Positions 62,946-64,000 of a stretch of 64,000 nt of DNA are shown piece after piece (the first letter of the stretch is position 1; each line of letters starts with the position of its first letter). The notes under the pieces are model-generated. The model did not search any database. It saw nothing but the letters and a program-made list of their open reading frames with translations, and was not told where the DNA came from. Source of the stretch: Anaerolineae bacterium (GTDB taxonomy: Bacteria > Chloroflexota > Anaerolineae > UBA1429); contig JAXGYO010000002.1 in the NCBI GenBank assembly GCA_040772225.1, forward strand, positions 1,200,448 to 1,264,447, written 5' to 3'. The position numbers were made by a program, and so were the translations under genes.

Positions 62946-63017
62946 TCCTCGGTAGCTCAATGGTAGAGCGGTCGGCTGTTAACCGATTGGTTGTTGGTTC
63001 GAGTCCAGCCCGAGGAG
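62946..63017 (+). tRNA. tRNA-Asn (anticodon GTT). The genomic sequence after the discriminator is CC rather than CCA.
   Basis: Manual cloverleaf: acceptor TCCTCGG/CCGAGGA, D-arm GCTC-aatggta-GAGC, anticodon stem GTCGG/CCGAT with loop ctGTTaa, T-arm GTTGG-ttcgagt-CCAGC. Confidence 0.85.
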
Positions 63018-63025
63018 CCTGTCCA

Positions 63026-63072
63026 GACTCTCGTTCGGCAACGCTGCCGGCGAGAGTCGTTTTGCTTCTGGC
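63026..63072 (+). terminator. Rho-independent terminator after tRNA-Asn
   Basis: Stem GACTCTCG ... CGAGAGTC with an inner CGGCA/TGCCG stem, followed by GTTTTGCTTCTGGCTTTCTTCG. Confidence 0.55.
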
Positions 63073-63195
63073 TTTCTTCGAATTCCCTCCGTCCAGCATT
63101 CCACGATAAGTGACCGCCATCTTGTCAGGTTATGCTTCGTGCGACTAGAATACCCATGAATCCACAGTCCTTAGCGCAACGGAAGGAGAACGATC

Positions 63196-63675
63196 ATGTC
63201 GCCAATCCCTGCACAGGTGATTCTGCAGTGGGCTCTGGAGATCGAGCGCAACGGGGAGACCTTCTACACGGCAGTCGCCGCCACCGCCCAGGATCGGGAG
63301 GTCAAGACCCTGTTTCAGGATCTTGCCTACCAGGAACAGCGGCACTATCGCACATTTGAGCGCATGCTGGCCAAAGCCCCCGAGGCCCCTGCAGACACAG
63401 ACAGCAGTGAGTATCGCGAGTTTCTGCAGAATGCCCTGGCCGGGGCTCTACTCGGACCGGACAAGGGCATGGAGCGTGCGAAGGCGGCTGAGAATGAGAC
63501 GGAGGCACTCCGCGCGGCCATGGCCTTTGAGAAGGACACGCTGCTCTTTTTCTACGAGCTGGTTGAGGCAGTCGCTGAGGACCAGACAGCAGCCATTCGC
63601 GCAATCATCGACGAAGAGCGTGATCATTTGCGCCAGCTGAGCCGGGTTCTGGCCGATGGACCCTGGGTGGCCTGA
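63196..63675 (+). CDS. Rubrerythrin/ferritin-like diiron four-helix-bundle protein, with no rubredoxin domain
   Basis: 159 aa with ExxH-type motifs (YQEQRHY, DEERDHL) paired with helix-1/3 Glu residues. Confidence 0.6.
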   Translation: MSPIPAQVILQWALEIERNGETFYTAVAATAQDREVKTLFQDLAYQEQRHYRTFERMLAKAPEAPADTDSSEYREFLQNALAGALLGPDKGMERAKAAENETEALRAAMAFEKDTLLFFYELVEAVAEDQTAAIRAIIDEERDHLRQLSRVLADGPWVA

Positions 63676-63732
63676 CACCACGCCCGTCTCGATGACTGAC
63701 AGCCAGTCCACTGCTCACAGGAGGAGGTTCTG

Positions 63733-64000
63733 ATGACTACCGTTGCGATAGTGGGGGCGGGTCCTGCGGGGATATTTGCTGCCTACGAGCTGGCAGGAGC
63801 GGGGCACCGCGTCGTCGTCATCGACATGGGCAAGCCCGTCGCTGAGCGCAACAGGCGAGACGGCTATGACCTGCTGCACGGCATGGGCGGGGCTGGGACC
63901 TTTTCCGACGGCAAGATCAACTTTCATCCGCAGGTGGGCGGCGATCTCTTTGAGTTCATGTCCCCAAACCAGGCGTGGGACCTGATCAACCATATCGAGT
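63733..64000 (+). CDS. FAD/NAD(P)-binding oxidoreductase (COG2509-like). Partial: the 3' end lies beyond the window.
   Basis: MTTVAIVGAGPAGIFAAYELA (GxGxxG Rossmann fold). A GAGGAGG ribosome-binding site lies 5 nt upstream. The gene is not in the ORF track because it has no stop. Confidence 0.65.
   Translation, partial: MTTVAIVGAGPAGIFAAYELAGAGHRVVVIDMGKPVAERNRRDGYDLLHGMGGAGTFSDGKINFHPQVGGDLFEFMSPNQAWDLINHIE

Overview
This window is a GC-rich bacterial chromosomal segment made up almost entirely of conserved core genes, all read from the sequence and the ORF track. Gene content and the zinc-ribbon ribosomal proteins suggest a Terrabacteria/Chloroflexota-like lineage, but that is inference only.

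From the left edge: a partial AI-2E transporter and tlyA on the minus strand, then a divergent UbiA-family prenyltransferase.

The minus strand then carries a long ribosomal super-cluster (about 2.9-24.9 kb). Its order is rpsI-rplM-truA, rplQ-rpoA-rpsD-rpsK-rpsM-rpmJ-map-adk-secY, the spc and S10 operons, and tuf-fusA-rpsG-rpsL. An isolated rpoB (24.98-28.9 kb) follows, with no rpoC downstream and nrdR upstream.

Next comes a complete dcw cell-division/peptidoglycan cluster (29.7-47.7 kb), also on the minus strand. It is unusual in two ways: murE is missing, and two tandem CvpA-family membrane proteins sit between murG and murC.

The only accessory-looking block is 47.9-53.8 kb. It contains an anaerobic-sulfatase-maturase-like radical SAM/SPASM enzyme with a C-terminal SEC-C motif, a secreted S8 subtilase, an AraR-type chimeric regulator and a GH57 glucan-branching enzyme.

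The plus strand then carries recD2, ppdK, the dnaG-rpoD operon, tRNA-Asn(GTT), a rubrerythrin-like protein and a partial FAD-dependent protein.

Several near-consensus sigma70-type promoters, a putative MraZ operator and two terminators are visible. No CRISPR array, IS element or prophage was seen.

Caveats: the ORF track calls the longest ORF and treats TTG/GTG as starts, so many N-termini are over-extended. I give likely trimmed starts. At a few places my position reading differs from the track by 1 nt, so small motif coordinates should be taken as +/-2 nt.
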